A stretch of 64,000 nucleotides of DNA from an uncultured bacterium (GCA_963704645.1 OY969926.1:832001-896000), one strand, 5' to 3'. Shown: positions 38,192 through 48,618, numbered from the stretch's first letter. Program-made: numbers and translations. The notes: generated by a model from the sequence alone, not told the origin.

Positions 38192-39454
38192 TTATTTTGA
38201 ATCAATGGTTTTTTGAATAAAATCTACTAATTTTTCAACCTGCGCCTTCCAAGAATGAAGTTTAAGTTCTTTAGTTTGCTTTTCAAGTAATTCTAAGGCT
38301 GCATTTTTATTGTTTAAATAGAATAAAATATGTTGGGCAAAAGCTTGAGTATCGTGATAATTGAAGGTTGGTGTGGAAGGAATAACTCCAATAAAACCTG
38401 AAGTATTGCTTGCTATTACAGGAACTTTAGATCTGATTGCTTCTAATGCTGTTAAACCAAAAGGTTCACTTGGACTTGGCATTACAAATAAATCACAACT
38501 GGAATAAAGTCTTTTCTTTTCCTCGGAATTTAGCCAGCCAGTAAATAAAATATTTTTTTCTAACTCTTTTTCTGCAACAGCCTCTATTGTACTAGCCATT
38601 TTTCCACCATCACCAGCTATAATAAATTTAATTTGTGGATCAATTTTAATTGCTTTTACTGCTGTTTCTAACAAAAAAGAAATTCCTTTTTGGGTTTCTA
38701 ATCTTCCTATAAATAAAACATTTTTGCCCTTTTGCAAGTCTGGAATATCTAGTTCAATTGGTGTGAAATCTACATCGTCGTATACAACTTCAATTTTTTC
38801 ATTGGGAATATTACAAAAGTTATGTAACATTTGTTTGGATATTTCAGAAATAGCCACTATTCCATCTGCTTTTAAATAATAATCACGCTCCATGTTGGCA
38901 ATTATTCTGGCTGCTCCGCCAAATTTTCCGGTATTTCTATCAAATTCAGTGGCGTTGATGTAAAAAATGAATGGAATGTTAGACTTGCTTTTTAAATGCA
39001 TGAAGGTTGGAATAGATTCCCAATCTACACCTAAAATTACATCGAAACTTTGCTCATGGGTTAGTTCTTCAACGGCCATAGCAAAAGCTTTAGTAATCAT
39101 TGGTGTATTGTTTGGGTACAAATTAGTTTTTTTCTCTTGAGCGTGATAAATTGAATATAATTCGGGCCAAGTTTTTTTAGATTTCTTAACAGAGGGGTCT
39201 CTAAAATAGTCTAATTTAAAATCTAGCCCTTCAATTTGAATATCTGGTCTTAAATACTTCTTTAGTTGTTTGCTTAAGTCTATAGTGTTGGTAGGCTCAA
39301 ACGGTTTGGGAACATTAGGGCAAGCTACTGTAACGGTATGGCCTTGGTTGGTTAGCTCTGTAACAACATGCTTTATTAAAAATCCTAAACCTCCTGCAAT
39401 CATAGGGTACATTTCCCAACTTAAAATAAGAATGTTAAGTGTTTTTTGCTTCAT
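38192..39454 (-). CDS. GT4 glycosyltransferase (glycogen-synthase-like)
   Basis: LSWEMYPMIAGGLG, ATEFDR, GRLETQKG, MPSPSEPFGLTALEA. Confidence 0.9.
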   Translation of the reverse strand: MKQKTLNILILSWEMYPMIAGGLGFLIKHVVTELTNQGHTVTVACPNVPKPFEPTNTIDLSKQLKKYLRPDIQIEGLDFKLDYFRDPSVKKSKKTWPELYSIYHAQEKKTNLYPNNTPMITKAFAMAVEELTHEQSFDVILGVDWESIPTFMHLKSKSNIPFIFYINATEFDRNTGKFGGAARIIANMERDYYLKADGIVAISEISKQMLHNFCNIPNEKIEVVYDDVDFTPIELDIPDLQKGKNVLFIGRLETQKGISFLLETAVKAIKIDPQIKFIIAGDGGKMASTIEAVAEKELEKNILFTGWLNSEEKKRLYSSCDLFVMPSPSEPFGLTALEAIRSKVPVIASNTSGFIGVIPSTPTFNYHDTQAFAQHILFYLNNKNAALELLEKQTKELKLHSWKAQVEKLVDFIQKTIDSK

Positions 39455-39656
39455 GGTGAGCAAATTATAACTTGCTGTTTAGCTTATAGTCAAGGGGTTT
39501 TTAGGTTCAAATTCCAGTCAGTGTTTGATTTACTTAAAATATCCAATTTTATCTAAATAATAAATTATAAACACCATATAGCAATATCAAATTGCCTCAT
39601 CAAATGGTTACAGCTTACTATGGCACAAAGGTATAATTACCCAAAACTCAATAATT

Positions 39657-40235
39657 CTAATTTACTTTTGTAATTTTGGTACTTCTAAAAAATAACCACA
39701 ATTCTGCTGCAAATACTGTAATTGCTGTAAAATGTATGAATAAAAAGTAAGTTTGCTGGTTGTAGTTTATCCATTCTGTTTGATATAACAAAGCCGTAGT
39801 AACCCAATAAAAAATTGTTGCGTACAACGCAGATTTACCTAATTGTCTTGTAGGAAGTGCAAAACTTTGAATGTAAAAAGTTGTACTAGCTATGGCCAAA
39901 CAAAATAAAGCTGTAAAAGGGTAGGCTAGTTGGGTTAAAGATTGAATGGCTATAAAAATTAGCCAAATTTGGCTGGCAAAAAAAATAATATCTAGAAAGA
40001 CTAGAAAGCTTTTTTTCAAGTTTATTACTTCTTGTAAGCTTCTAAAAGAATAAATATAGCTTTTAAAGAGAAATAAAAGGCTTGCTGCAGCCAAAATTAT
40101 TGAGTACTTATCGTAATTATTTTTAAATGACTGCGCTAGCCAACCAATTTGAAAAACTGTGAAAGTAACAAAAAGCAACAAGCTAGATGTAAAGGCTTCT
40201 GGGTTTTTTAAAAACTGGTTTATTTTGGAAAACAT
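39657..40235 (-). CDS. Polytopic membrane protein (~6 TM), unknown function
   Basis: Hydrophobicity pattern. Confidence 0.65.
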   Translation of the reverse strand: MFSKINQFLKNPEAFTSSLLLFVTFTVFQIGWLAQSFKNNYDKYSIILAAASLLFLFKSYIYSFRSLQEVINLKKSFLVFLDIIFFASQIWLIFIAIQSLTQLAYPFTALFCLAIASTTFYIQSFALPTRQLGKSALYATIFYWVTTALLYQTEWINYNQQTYFLFIHFTAITVFAAELWLFFRSTKITKVN

Positions 40236-40293
40236 ATTTACTTGACTAAATTACGGTTGTTTACGATTTTTGAATTGTCAATTTATTGATTTT

Positions 40294-40368
40294 GGCGACG
40301 TGGCCGAATGGTTTAGGCAGAGGTCTGCAAAACCTTGCACGCCGGTTCGATTCCGGCCGTTGCCTCCA
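40294..40368 (+). tRNA. tRNA-Cys(GCA)
   Basis: GGCGACG..CGTTGCC-T-CCA; anticodon loop CTGCAAA. Confidence 0.96.
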
Positions 40369-40471
40369 AATAAATTTTTTAGCTCCTAACCAGGAGTTTA
40401 GTTTTTAGCTAAATCCTTTTAGACATAAAAAAAACGAGGAGTTTCCTCCACGTATAACCTGTTTTTTTATT

Positions 40472-42031
40472 TTATATAGAGCTGACCCAAATAATTATTT
40501 TAACATCTGTCTGAGCTGTTGGTAGAACCCATTCTGCGGGACAAACATCTAATATTGTATAAGTAAAATCTGGCTTTTTGTCTAAGCCGTTAAACAAAGT
40601 TTTAATTTTTTCATCTTTAATACAAATTTCGGTTTTTTCTGTGCTTTTAGCTGTGGCGGATTTTATTCTAGACCAGCTGTTATTGCTGTATAAATTACTA
40701 AATCCAGTTTTTTCTAAGGCAGTTGCTGCTTTTACTGTATCATTGCTTTGATTGCCTAAAATAGCCACCGGTGCTTCAAATAACTGAGTAGATTGCGTTT
40801 GAACAAGAATGTCTTGAACAAAAGATTTAGCTTTGTTTCGTGCGGCCGAAGTAGTGTTTCTTCCAGCTATAGCCCCTCCGCAATAAGTTATAATGTAAGC
40901 CCCATCATCAGAATCTCCTACACATAAAATTCCGTTCCCTGTTGCCCAAGTTACCCTAATAAAATTATTCTTAATTTCATCAATGTTCACATTTTTAAAA
41001 ATTTCATAGGCAGAAAGCATTTCGTCTAGTTTTACTGATGTTTTCATATTTTTACCTAAGATATCTAAGTAGGCATTAATTTTTGAAGCATTTACAGCTA
41101 AGTTCTCGGCTTTAATTTTTGTAATTACAGCTTGAATAATTTGCTGCTGTCTTCTACCTCTTTCAAAATCTGATCCTTGTCCGTTGTTGCCATATCTACT
41201 TCTAGCGTAAATTAAAGAAGTTCTAGCGTCCATTTTATTTATACCTTTAGTAAAAGTAGGGCAAGGTCGAACATAACCAGAATAGTTGTCTGTTGGGTAA
41301 TTACAGTCTGTGAAGGGTTGGTCTACATCAACTTCCACACCACCAAGTTGTTCAATAACTGCTTTAAAACCTTCAAAATTAATACTAACCCAATAGTGCA
41401 TTTGAATTCCAAATTCTTTCCCTAAAAAGTCTGATAGAAATTGTTCTCCTCCAACATCGCTGTATCCTGCTGTTTTTCTACCCTCTGCATAAGCTGCAGC
41501 ACCATTTATTTTATAGCTCCCAAAACCATCATATATATAAAAATCTCGCGGAATATTTAAAGTTACAACCTTTTTTTCTTTATGATAATAAGAAGCAATA
41601 ATTATAGTATCTGTTAAGCCAGCTACTGAATCTTTCCCAATCATTAAAACATTTGTTCTACCTTCTTCTTCGCCTTTCAAAGGAGTTCTTGTTTTTAACG
41701 GGTTTAAAGCTCCACCTAATTGACCAAGTTGATCTAGAAAACTGGTACTGCCACCTCCAAATATATCACTGGTTGCACTTAGCGTGGTAAATCCAAAATA
41801 TGTTCCCCCAGCAATTAATGACAAAGAAGCTAAAATTAAAATTAGGGAAATCATCTTTCTAAAACCGAATCTTTTCTTTTTTGGAGTTTTAAAATGATTG
41901 GTTTCCACTTTCTCTACTTCTTGACTATTTGTAGGTACAACAACACTTTCTGCGGTTATATTGTCTTCAGGTAATAAATTATTGTGAAATCTTTCTGTTG
42001 TATCGTCAGTTTTTTTAAAAATTGTAGGCAT
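40472..42031 (-). CDS. LCP (LytR-CpsA-Psr) glycopolymer transferase
   Basis: TM, NVLMIGKD, TDTI, IPRD, YARSR, SDFERGRRQQ. Confidence 0.93.
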   Translation of the reverse strand: MPTIFKKTDDTTERFHNNLLPEDNITAESVVVPTNSQEVEKVETNHFKTPKKKRFGFRKMISLILILASLSLIAGGTYFGFTTLSATSDIFGGGSTSFLDQLGQLGGALNPLKTRTPLKGEEEGRTNVLMIGKDSVAGLTDTIIIASYYHKEKKVVTLNIPRDFYIYDGFGSYKINGAAAYAEGRKTAGYSDVGGEQFLSDFLGKEFGIQMHYWVSINFEGFKAVIEQLGGVEVDVDQPFTDCNYPTDNYSGYVRPCPTFTKGINKMDARTSLIYARSRYGNNGQGSDFERGRRQQQIIQAVITKIKAENLAVNASKINAYLDILGKNMKTSVKLDEMLSAYEIFKNVNIDEIKNNFIRVTWATGNGILCVGDSDDGAYIITYCGGAIAGRNTTSAARNKAKSFVQDILVQTQSTQLFEAPVAILGNQSNDTVKAATALEKTGFSNLYSNNSWSRIKSATAKSTEKTEICIKDEKIKTLFNGLDKKPDFTYTILDVCPAEWVLPTAQTDVKIIIWVSSI

Positions 42032-42063
42032 GATTTTATTGTGTTAATTTGTTAATTTAGAAT

Positions 42064-42438
42064 TTACATCCTGTTCTCATTGTCGTTTGGGAAGGCAGAA
42101 TTACCTATTGCTTGGCCTATAGAAAGTGAAACGGAAATAATTAATAATGTAATAAATTGACCAAAACCAGAGCCGGAAATTGTAACACCTTGTGGTATAT
42201 TTAAGCTAACCCAGAGTACAAACAGGTTTATTAAAAAACCTAAAAACCCAAAACTTAGAAAGTTTAAAGGAAGCGTGAAAAGCTTTAAAATAGCTCCTAA
42301 TGTAAAATTCAACAAAGTTAAAATTAAAACTAAAAATACGGCAGAAGTTACCGAAGCTACTTTAAATTCTGGAAGAATAAAACTTAAGAATAATATTACC
42401 AGTACATTTATTACGAAGAAAACTAAACTGCGAAACAT
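42064..42438 (-). CDS. 4-TM phage-holin-family (YvlD-like) membrane protein
   Basis: LLNFTLGAILKLFTLPLNFLSFG..INL motif. Confidence 0.75.
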   Translation of the reverse strand: MFRSLVFFVINVLVILFLSFILPEFKVASVTSAVFLVLILTLLNFTLGAILKLFTLPLNFLSFGFLGFLINLFVLWVSLNIPQGVTISGSGFGQFITLLIISVSLSIGQAIGNSAFPNDNENRM

Positions 42439-42584
42439 ATTTGTTAAAATTGGCAGTAGCTTGTTAAGATGTCAAACCAGCTGAAACTTAGAACAGAGTT
42501 GACATACTTTTTTGAATGTGAGGATATATATTTAGTTTGGAGTAGAAATTGTATTTTTATCAAAAATCAAGGAGCTTTCATAGA

Positions 42585-42929
42585 ATGTGTAAAGTAAATA
42601 GAAATATTGGCACGGACGGCTCAATTTTAGCAGAACTAGAAACTGGTTCAGAAAATCCTATCTTAGAGTTACATTTTCCTCAATCTCTAGGTCAATCTCG
42701 CACCGATGTAATTTCAGTACTTTCTCAGCTGTCAGATTTTTTTCAATTTTCAGTTGAATATTTTATTCGTGAAGGTTTGGCGGTTGCAGACGATGACAGT
42801 TCCAATGTTTATGATCTTTCTTCTGCTAGAATAGCCATCACTCCAACACCAGCTGGACGACGTTTATTGAACTGTATTGAAAGTTTTTTTTCAACTTTAG
42901 AATCTGCTTTTATTCCAGTTACAGTTTAG
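42585..42929 (+). CDS. Orphan hypothetical protein
   Basis: TTGACA at 42499, AAGGAG SD before ATG 42585, terminator at ~42954-42985. Confidence 0.5.
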   Translation: MCKVNRNIGTDGSILAELETGSENPILELHFPQSLGQSRTDVISVLSQLSDFFQFSVEYFIREGLAVADDDSSNVYDLSSARIAITPTPAGRRLLNCIESFFSTLESAFIPVTV

Positions 42930-43075
42930 ATGGTAAAACTTTTTCCAAATTGAAAGGCTAGGTTCTATAATCTAGTCTTTTTTCTTTGGCTGAAAAGTTT
43001 TCGAAGTAGGGAATCTATAGTAAGGAGATACTTTGTACTTCAGGTTGGCTCGATAATTTTTTGCTACTCCACACC

Positions 43076-43101
43076 TAGACCCTGAAACAAGTTCAGGGTG
43101 A
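43076..43101 (+). repeat. REP-like family A, copy 2
   Basis: Identical 26-mer. Confidence 0.9.
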
Positions 43102-43294
43102 CAGTACTCGTGAATTTAGTCTGACAATGCTGATTAACTCTGGGTTACTCTGCTACTACACTTCATTGATAGTTTTTTAGGCTATATTTTTGACAAAAAC
43201 CTTAAAAAAGAGCAGGTTTGGCATAATTAAATTTGGCTTACTATTAATAAAGTTCAAATTAATTACTTACATTAAATAACAAATTACACACTAT

Positions 43295-43768
43295 ATGAAA
43301 ATAAACATAGGCTTAACCCCAGATCAATTAAAAGGTTCAGTTGCAATTTTAAACCAATTATTATCAGATGAATTTGCTTTGTATGTTAAAGCTAGAAAAT
43401 ACCACTGGAATGTAACAGGAATGCAATTCCACGATTTACATAAGTTTTTTGAAAGCATTTACGAAGATCTAGACGTTATTGTTGATGATATAGCAGAAAG
43501 AACAAGAGCTTTAGGTGCTTTCGCCCCAGGAACTTTAAGTGAGTTTCTTAAAACAACTAAAATCAAAGAAAACCCAGGAGAAGTTCCAGCCCATGCTGAA
43601 ATGGTTAAAGATTTGCTAGAAGACCACGAACAAATAATTCAAGATACTGATTTATATATTAAAAAAGTTACTGAAGAGTTGGAAGACGTAGGTACAGCCG
43701 ATTTTCTAACTGGAATTATGGAAAGGCAAACCAAAACAGCCTGGATGCTTAGAAGCATGATATCATAA
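43295..43768 (+). CDS. dps: DNA-binding ferritin-like protein Dps
   Basis: YHWNVTG..F..LH.FFE..Y....D.IAER, TADFL, WML. Confidence 0.95.
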   Translation: MKINIGLTPDQLKGSVAILNQLLSDEFALYVKARKYHWNVTGMQFHDLHKFFESIYEDLDVIVDDIAERTRALGAFAPGTLSEFLKTTKIKENPGEVPAHAEMVKDLLEDHEQIIQDTDLYIKKVTEELEDVGTADFLTGIMERQTKTAWMLRSMIS

Positions 43769-43868
43769 GTTCAGATATTTCTTTCATAAATTGTTTTGAC
43801 AAAATAGAGCTATACTTGCTTCATTAAGAAGTATTGATTTTTGGACATAAATTTAGAGGGGATGTGCT

Positions 43869-44252
43869 ATGCTTCAATTGCATTATGATGATGACAGATT
43901 GATAGGAAGTCTGGAAGGTGGGAACAAAATTTCTGCTGTTCATGACCTTGAAAATGATAACATTTTGATTCAAATTGATTTAGTTGATGTTCATAGCATT
44001 TCAGATTTTGAAGTATTTATTGATCAGGTCATCTTCAATATAGAACATTTTAAAACCGTTGCCTATGAATTTAGCAATGGTGTAAATGGACAAATTATTG
44101 TTGATTCCGATGGTGAAGTAAATAGACTTAGCCTTGCGTTCTCAGCTCAAATTACTGATACCGAGTATGCCAACCATTTGGACAAAGCTATTTATATCTC
44201 AAATGTTCTGGCAGGATTATTTGGCAATTTAGTTCAACAAGCTTATGCTTAA
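43869..44252 (+). CDS. Orphan acidic hypothetical protein
   Basis: TTGACA at 43796, GAGGGG SD, terminator GTGGCAC-CAA-GTGCCAC plus T tract (44260-44287). Confidence 0.55.
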   Translation: MLQLHYDDDRLIGSLEGGNKISAVHDLENDNILIQIDLVDVHSISDFEVFIDQVIFNIEHFKTVAYEFSNGVNGQIIVDSDGEVNRLSLAFSAQITDTEYANHLDKAIYISNVLAGLFGNLVQQAYA

Positions 44253-44320
44253 ACCTCAGGTGGCACCAAGTGCCACTTGTTTTTTTGACAAATTTTTGGG
44301 CAGGTGGTTCAAATAAGTAA

Positions 44321-45274
44321 ATGTCTAATGTTGAAATTCAGTCTGATTTTGTTGTACTTTTGTTTTATAAATATGTGGAAATTACCAACCCTGAAGAGCT
44401 TAGACAAAGCCAGTGGGATTTTTGTGTGGAATATAATTTAAAAGGTAGGGTAATTATTGCCAATGAAGGAATAAACGGTACTTTGGCAGGTAAAAAAGAA
44501 GATGTAGAAAAGTATCAACAGTTTATGGATTCTCAGGAATTGTTCCAAAATATTCATTGGAAAAAAAGTGCTGGTAAACAAGATAATCCTGGCTCAGATT
44601 TTCCTAAATTATCTATTAAAGTAAGAAAAGAAGTGGTTTCAGCTCATTTAGGTTCCGAAGATTTAAACCCGAATATTGTTACAGGTAAATATCTTCAACC
44701 AGAAGAATTGAACCAATGGTTTTTACAGGGAAAGAAGTTTTATATTGTAGATATGCGTAACGATTACGAACAAATTGTTGGAACTTTTGAAAACGCAATT
44801 CTTTCGCAGTTTAGTAATTTTAGAGACCTGCCGCAAATTTTACCTAAAATTGATCATTTAAAAAACGAGACAATTTTAACAGTTTGCACTGGTGGGATAA
44901 GATGTGAAAAAGCTTCTGGGTTCTTGGTAAAAAATGGTTTTACCGATGTTTATCAACTTTATGGTGGAATTGTAAGTTACATGGAAAAATATCCTAATCG
45001 AAACTTTTTAGGTAAGCTCTATGTTTTTGATCAGCGTGTGGTAATGGGTTTTAACCTTGATTCTCCAGAACATGTGGTTATTGGAAAATGCCAGAAATGT
45101 GGAAATACATCTGAAGACTATATTAATTGTAGTTTACCAACCTGTCACAAGCACTTCATTTGCTGCCAAAATTGTTTAAGTAAAAAATCTATTTTTAACG
45201 GTGTAGGTTTTTGTAATTTGGAATGTGAAGCGGAAATGGAAGAGAAGGTGAATGCTGAGGTTATAAAGGTTTAG
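44321..45274 (+). CDS. trhO: Rhodanese-domain tRNA U34 hydroxylase (YceA/UPF0176)
   Basis: LFYKY, LKGRVIIANEGINGT, DMRNDYE, CTGGIRCEKAS, GKLYVFDQR, Cys-rich C-terminus. Confidence 0.9.
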   Translation: MSNVEIQSDFVVLLFYKYVEITNPEELRQSQWDFCVEYNLKGRVIIANEGINGTLAGKKEDVEKYQQFMDSQELFQNIHWKKSAGKQDNPGSDFPKLSIKVRKEVVSAHLGSEDLNPNIVTGKYLQPEELNQWFLQGKKFYIVDMRNDYEQIVGTFENAILSQFSNFRDLPQILPKIDHLKNETILTVCTGGIRCEKASGFLVKNGFTDVYQLYGGIVSYMEKYPNRNFLGKLYVFDQRVVMGFNLDSPEHVVIGKCQKCGNTSEDYINCSLPTCHKHFICCQNCLSKKSIFNGVGFCNLECEAEMEEKVNAEVIKV

Positions 45275-45445
45275 GGTTATTTGAGGTTCGATGTTTATGT
45301 TGAGAGTTCAAAAGTGGTGCCCCATCTATGCTTATTCTATAACAAAAGACCCTGAGTTTTGTTCGTCTTGAGATAATTTAAAATGAATTTTGTTTGAACT
45401 TGGAAAACATCCGTATGAGAATTAAAGATGCGTGTTACAAGAATT

Positions 45446-45470
45446 TGTGGCTCGCCAGCTTCGCCGCTAC
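45446..45470 (-). repeat. GTAG-type repeat GTAGCGGCGAAGCT..., copy 1
   Basis: tgtggctcgccagcttcgccgctac vs tgtgactggcaagcttcgccgctac at 48594-48618. Confidence 0.7.
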
Positions 45471-45575
45471 GGATTTTTTCTTCCGTTTTTGGGTTTGAGT
45501 GTACTTTTTAAATCACAACGTTTTCATATTAAACGTGAGAAGTCGATGGTAAACATTGTCCCTACAAAATTTATT

Positions 45576-46127
45576 CTATTTTTTTGGGGGTGGCGTTGGC
45601 GGGGTGGCACCTGGTAAGCCGAAAACGTTACTGCCTACTTCACTTATACCTTTTCCAAAACCAGCGATTGTGTCCTCTACAAATTTGGTTATTGTGTCTC
45701 CGGGCTTACCCATAATTTTGCTTAAGAAAGGAATATCGGGAAGGTCGAACACGAAAATTTTACAAACGTAAAAGGCTACAGCAAACCAACCAACAATAAT
45801 TGCGTATTCGGTAGAAGAATTTTTATAAATCAAATATAATATAACTGCTGTTAAGTAAGACCACCACATCCAGGCTGCGTCGGCTATGGCTTTAGCCCCT
45901 TTTTTTTCGTTTTCAACTTCTCCGTCGCCAAATTTCACCCAGTAATAATAAAAATTACCTAGTAAAAGTAAGCTATAAAAAATGCACCAAGCAAAAGTAA
46001 ACATGTTAAGCCAGTAAAGCCAAGAACTTAAGTCTATATTAGAAATAAAGTCTAAACCGCCAGTGTTAGTGCTTGTAGAAACTGTGTTGCTAGACGAAGG
46101 GCCAGATTGATATAAATTATCGGACAT
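45576..46127 (-). CDS. Membrane protein, possibly a divergent pilin-like hairpin
   Basis: TM-GNFYYYW..GDGEVENEKKGAKAI-TM resembles the VirB2-like loop. Confidence 0.5.
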   Translation of the reverse strand: MSDNLYQSGPSSSNTVSTSTNTGGLDFISNIDLSSWLYWLNMFTFAWCIFYSLLLLGNFYYYWVKFGDGEVENEKKGAKAIADAAWMWWSYLTAVILYLIYKNSSTEYAIIVGWFAVAFYVCKIFVFDLPDIPFLSKIMGKPGDTITKFVEDTIAGFGKGISEVGSNVFGLPGATPPTPPPKK

Positions 46128-46334
46128 TATGCTATATATTTAAGCTGGGAAATGGGAATTGTCAAAAAAAGTTATACTGGCTAGAATCTGTCAGTAGACC
46201 TTTTGCTTTTCTGCCTTGCATCTCAATTGTCAATTATTAAACAACAATGTAGAGGAAGCCCGGTGGTTCCAAAGGTAGCTGTAAAAGGGTGGCGCAATCT
46301 TGAGTTAGACTTCTATAAACAAAAATAACAAAAT

Positions 46335-47372
46335 ATGAACAAAATTAAATTAGGAATTAACGGTTTTGGCAGAATTGGCAGACTAGCTACTAGAATTATT
46401 CTAACTAAATATTTAGATAAAATTGAAATTGTAGGAATTAACGATCTAACTTCTCCAGAAAACTTAGCCTATTTATTTGAATTTGATAGTACTTACCGTC
46501 GTTTTGAATATCCAGTAAAAACAGAAGGTGGAAAAATTATTATCCCTAGTTTGCAAGTTTCCATTCCTGTATTTAGTCAGCCTGATCCAAAATTAATACC
46601 ATGGAAAAGTGTTCGTGCTGAAATTATTTTAGAATGTACAGGAAGATTTTTAACTGAAGAACTGGCTTCGTTGCATTTGCAAGAAGGAATTGAAAAAATT
46701 ATTTTATCTGCACCAGCTAAGGATAAACAAACCCCAACTTTGGTAATTGGCGTAAATACATCCAACCCACAGATATCCGAAATAGCAACTTCCAAAATAA
46801 TTTCTAATGCCTCGTGTACTACTAATTGTATAGCGCCAGCTTTAAAGGTTTTAACTCAAAACTTTAAGTTTCAAAACATTATGGCTTTAACTGCCCACGC
46901 ATATACAGCTACCCAGTTTTTGCAAGACAGCCCAACCAAAAAAGATTTCCGTGACGGCAGAGCAGCTGCAGTAAATGCTATTCCAAGTACAACGGGTGCG
47001 GCCAAAGCTGTGGAATTAGTTTTGCCCGAATTAAAAGGCAAGGTTAATTTAAGTTCTTTAAGAATTCCTGTTGTTACTGGTTCCTATATATATTTAGTGG
47101 CTAACTTAGAACCTGGTTCGATAATTCCAACAAAAGAAGAACTGAACAAGGTTTTTGCGGAAGCTTCAAGCACATATCTTAAAAATATCTTAGAATATTC
47201 TGAAGCAAATTTAGTTTCTGGTGATGCTATTGGAAACCCTCACTCTTGTATTTTTGATGCAAGCTTAACCGAGATAAATGCCAATTCTATTAAGGTTGTT
47301 TTGTGGTATGATAATGAATGGGGCTATGCCAATAGGTTAGTTGAATTAGTTAGTTTATTAAAAAATAAGTAG
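46335..47372 (+). CDS. gap: Glyceraldehyde-3-phosphate dehydrogenase type I
   Basis: GINGFGRIGR, SNASCTTNC, HAYTATQ, WYDNEWGY. Confidence 0.97.
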   Translation: MNKIKLGINGFGRIGRLATRIILTKYLDKIEIVGINDLTSPENLAYLFEFDSTYRRFEYPVKTEGGKIIIPSLQVSIPVFSQPDPKLIPWKSVRAEIILECTGRFLTEELASLHLQEGIEKIILSAPAKDKQTPTLVIGVNTSNPQISEIATSKIISNASCTTNCIAPALKVLTQNFKFQNIMALTAHAYTATQFLQDSPTKKDFRDGRAAAVNAIPSTTGAAKAVELVLPELKGKVNLSSLRIPVVTGSYIYLVANLEPGSIIPTKEELNKVFAEASSTYLKNILEYSEANLVSGDAIGNPHSCIFDASLTEINANSIKVVLWYDNEWGYANRLVELVSLLKNK

Positions 47373-47375
47373 TAT

Positions 47376-47879
47376 ATGGCCATTAATCTAGTTTCCAATG
47401 TTTTTGCATTTATTGCAGTTTTGTTGTATGCAGCAACCCTTATACCAGGGCTAATAAACTATATTAATGTTGAATGGAAAACTTCAAAACTAACTCATTT
47501 TTTACATAGGCATAGAAGAGAAATTGGCATTATGTCTTTTGTTTTTGCATTTCTACACGCAGCAAGTATAGCTATTATTAGACAAATTAATTTAACTGAT
47601 CCTCTTTCTTATGTTAAATATTTTCAGGGTATTTTATTGCTAAGTATATTTTTTGCCTTGGCTGTAACTTCTAATAATTTCAGTGTTCATCATTTAAAAA
47701 AGAACTGGAAACGATTACATAGTTTAACTTTTGTGGCTTTATTTGTTTTGGTGTGGCATGTTGTAGACAAAATGTATGGTCATTGGACTTGGTTTACTCC
47801 ATTTGTATTGGGTATTTGTTTCACTTTAATTATATTTTTTATTAAACGAAAGAGGGTTGAACATTTAGGTAAAGGATAG
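47376..47879 (+). CDS. Ferric-reductase-like heme-binding membrane protein (MsrQ-like)
   Basis: RREIGI...LH, LAVTSN, WKRLHSL..V....H. Confidence 0.82.
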   Translation: MAINLVSNVFAFIAVLLYAATLIPGLINYINVEWKTSKLTHFLHRHRREIGIMSFVFAFLHAASIAIIRQINLTDPLSYVKYFQGILLLSIFFALAVTSNNFSVHHLKKNWKRLHSLTFVALFVLVWHVVDKMYGHWTWFTPFVLGICFTLIIFFIKRKRVEHLGKG

Positions 47880-47977
47880 GTGCGATTTATTGTAAGCGTA
47901 GAAATTACCATCCTAATTTTGAATTAAGCAAAAAAATAACTACTTCAGCGGGGTTGCGTAAAGTAGTTAAAATTAGT

Positions 47978-48478
47978 TTAAGCGTTACACCGTTTCATTG
48001 TGTCTTCCATTTCTTGCTCTAATAATTCATAGAGTTCAGAATCATCCCAAGGAACTTCCAAAGCTGCTTGTTGATCACACCAATCGTCGATGTGTGTTCT
48101 GTCACAATAACCTGCAGTTATATCATCAAATTCGAGTATCCACATTAGGTTGAACTTACCTTGGGAATTTGGTGTTCTTACATCAGCAGGGTAATTAATT
48201 ACTAATGGAAAGACATATTGCTCCAAAAAAGGCTTGATCAATATTTTTCTCAAGTCTTGCTCATCTGGAACATTCTCATTCCACTCCCACCAGAACCATT
48301 CATCACAAGCTAGATATACTTCGGTTAGAATCGCTCCATTACTGGCAATTTTTTCTAATTCGTTCCTTAAACATTCTGCTAACCTGTCTTCTGTTGCTAA
48401 AGAAAGACACAATCTAACTTTGTTATTTTCCAAAAAAGTTAGAGCATTTTCTTCAGAAAATTCAGAGTTATAACTCAC
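47978..48478 (-). CDS. Orphan acidic hypothetical protein
   Basis: AGGAG SD before GTG, TTGACC at ~48546-48551, terminator at ~47930-47970. Confidence 0.55.
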   Translation of the reverse strand: MSYNSEFSEENALTFLENNKVRLCLSLATEDRLAECLRNELEKIASNGAILTEVYLACDEWFWWEWNENVPDEQDLRKILIKPFLEQYVFPLVINYPADVRTPNSQGKFNLMWILEFDDITAGYCDRTHIDDWCDQQAALEVPWDDSELYELLEQEMEDTMKRCNA

Positions 48479-48593
48479 AATTTTCTCCTATTTCTGTTTG
48501 TAAAGATTTACAGAATAATTTGGGTTTAGCATAGAAATTGTTGTGGGTCAATGTTTGTATTTTTTGAATTAGGTTTCTTCTGCTTTTAAAATG

Positions 48594-48618
48594 TGTGACT
48601 GGCAAGCTTCGCCGCTAC
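48594..48618 (-). repeat. GTAG-type repeat GTAGCGGCGAAGCT..., copy 2
   Basis: Shares AGCTTCGCCGCTAC with 45457-45470. Confidence 0.7.

Noticed and set aside
46249-46316. RNase P or riboswitch upstream of gap (GAGGAAGCCCGG...)
   Set aside because: Too short and lacks the other conserved elements; better explained as a decayed GTAG hairpin
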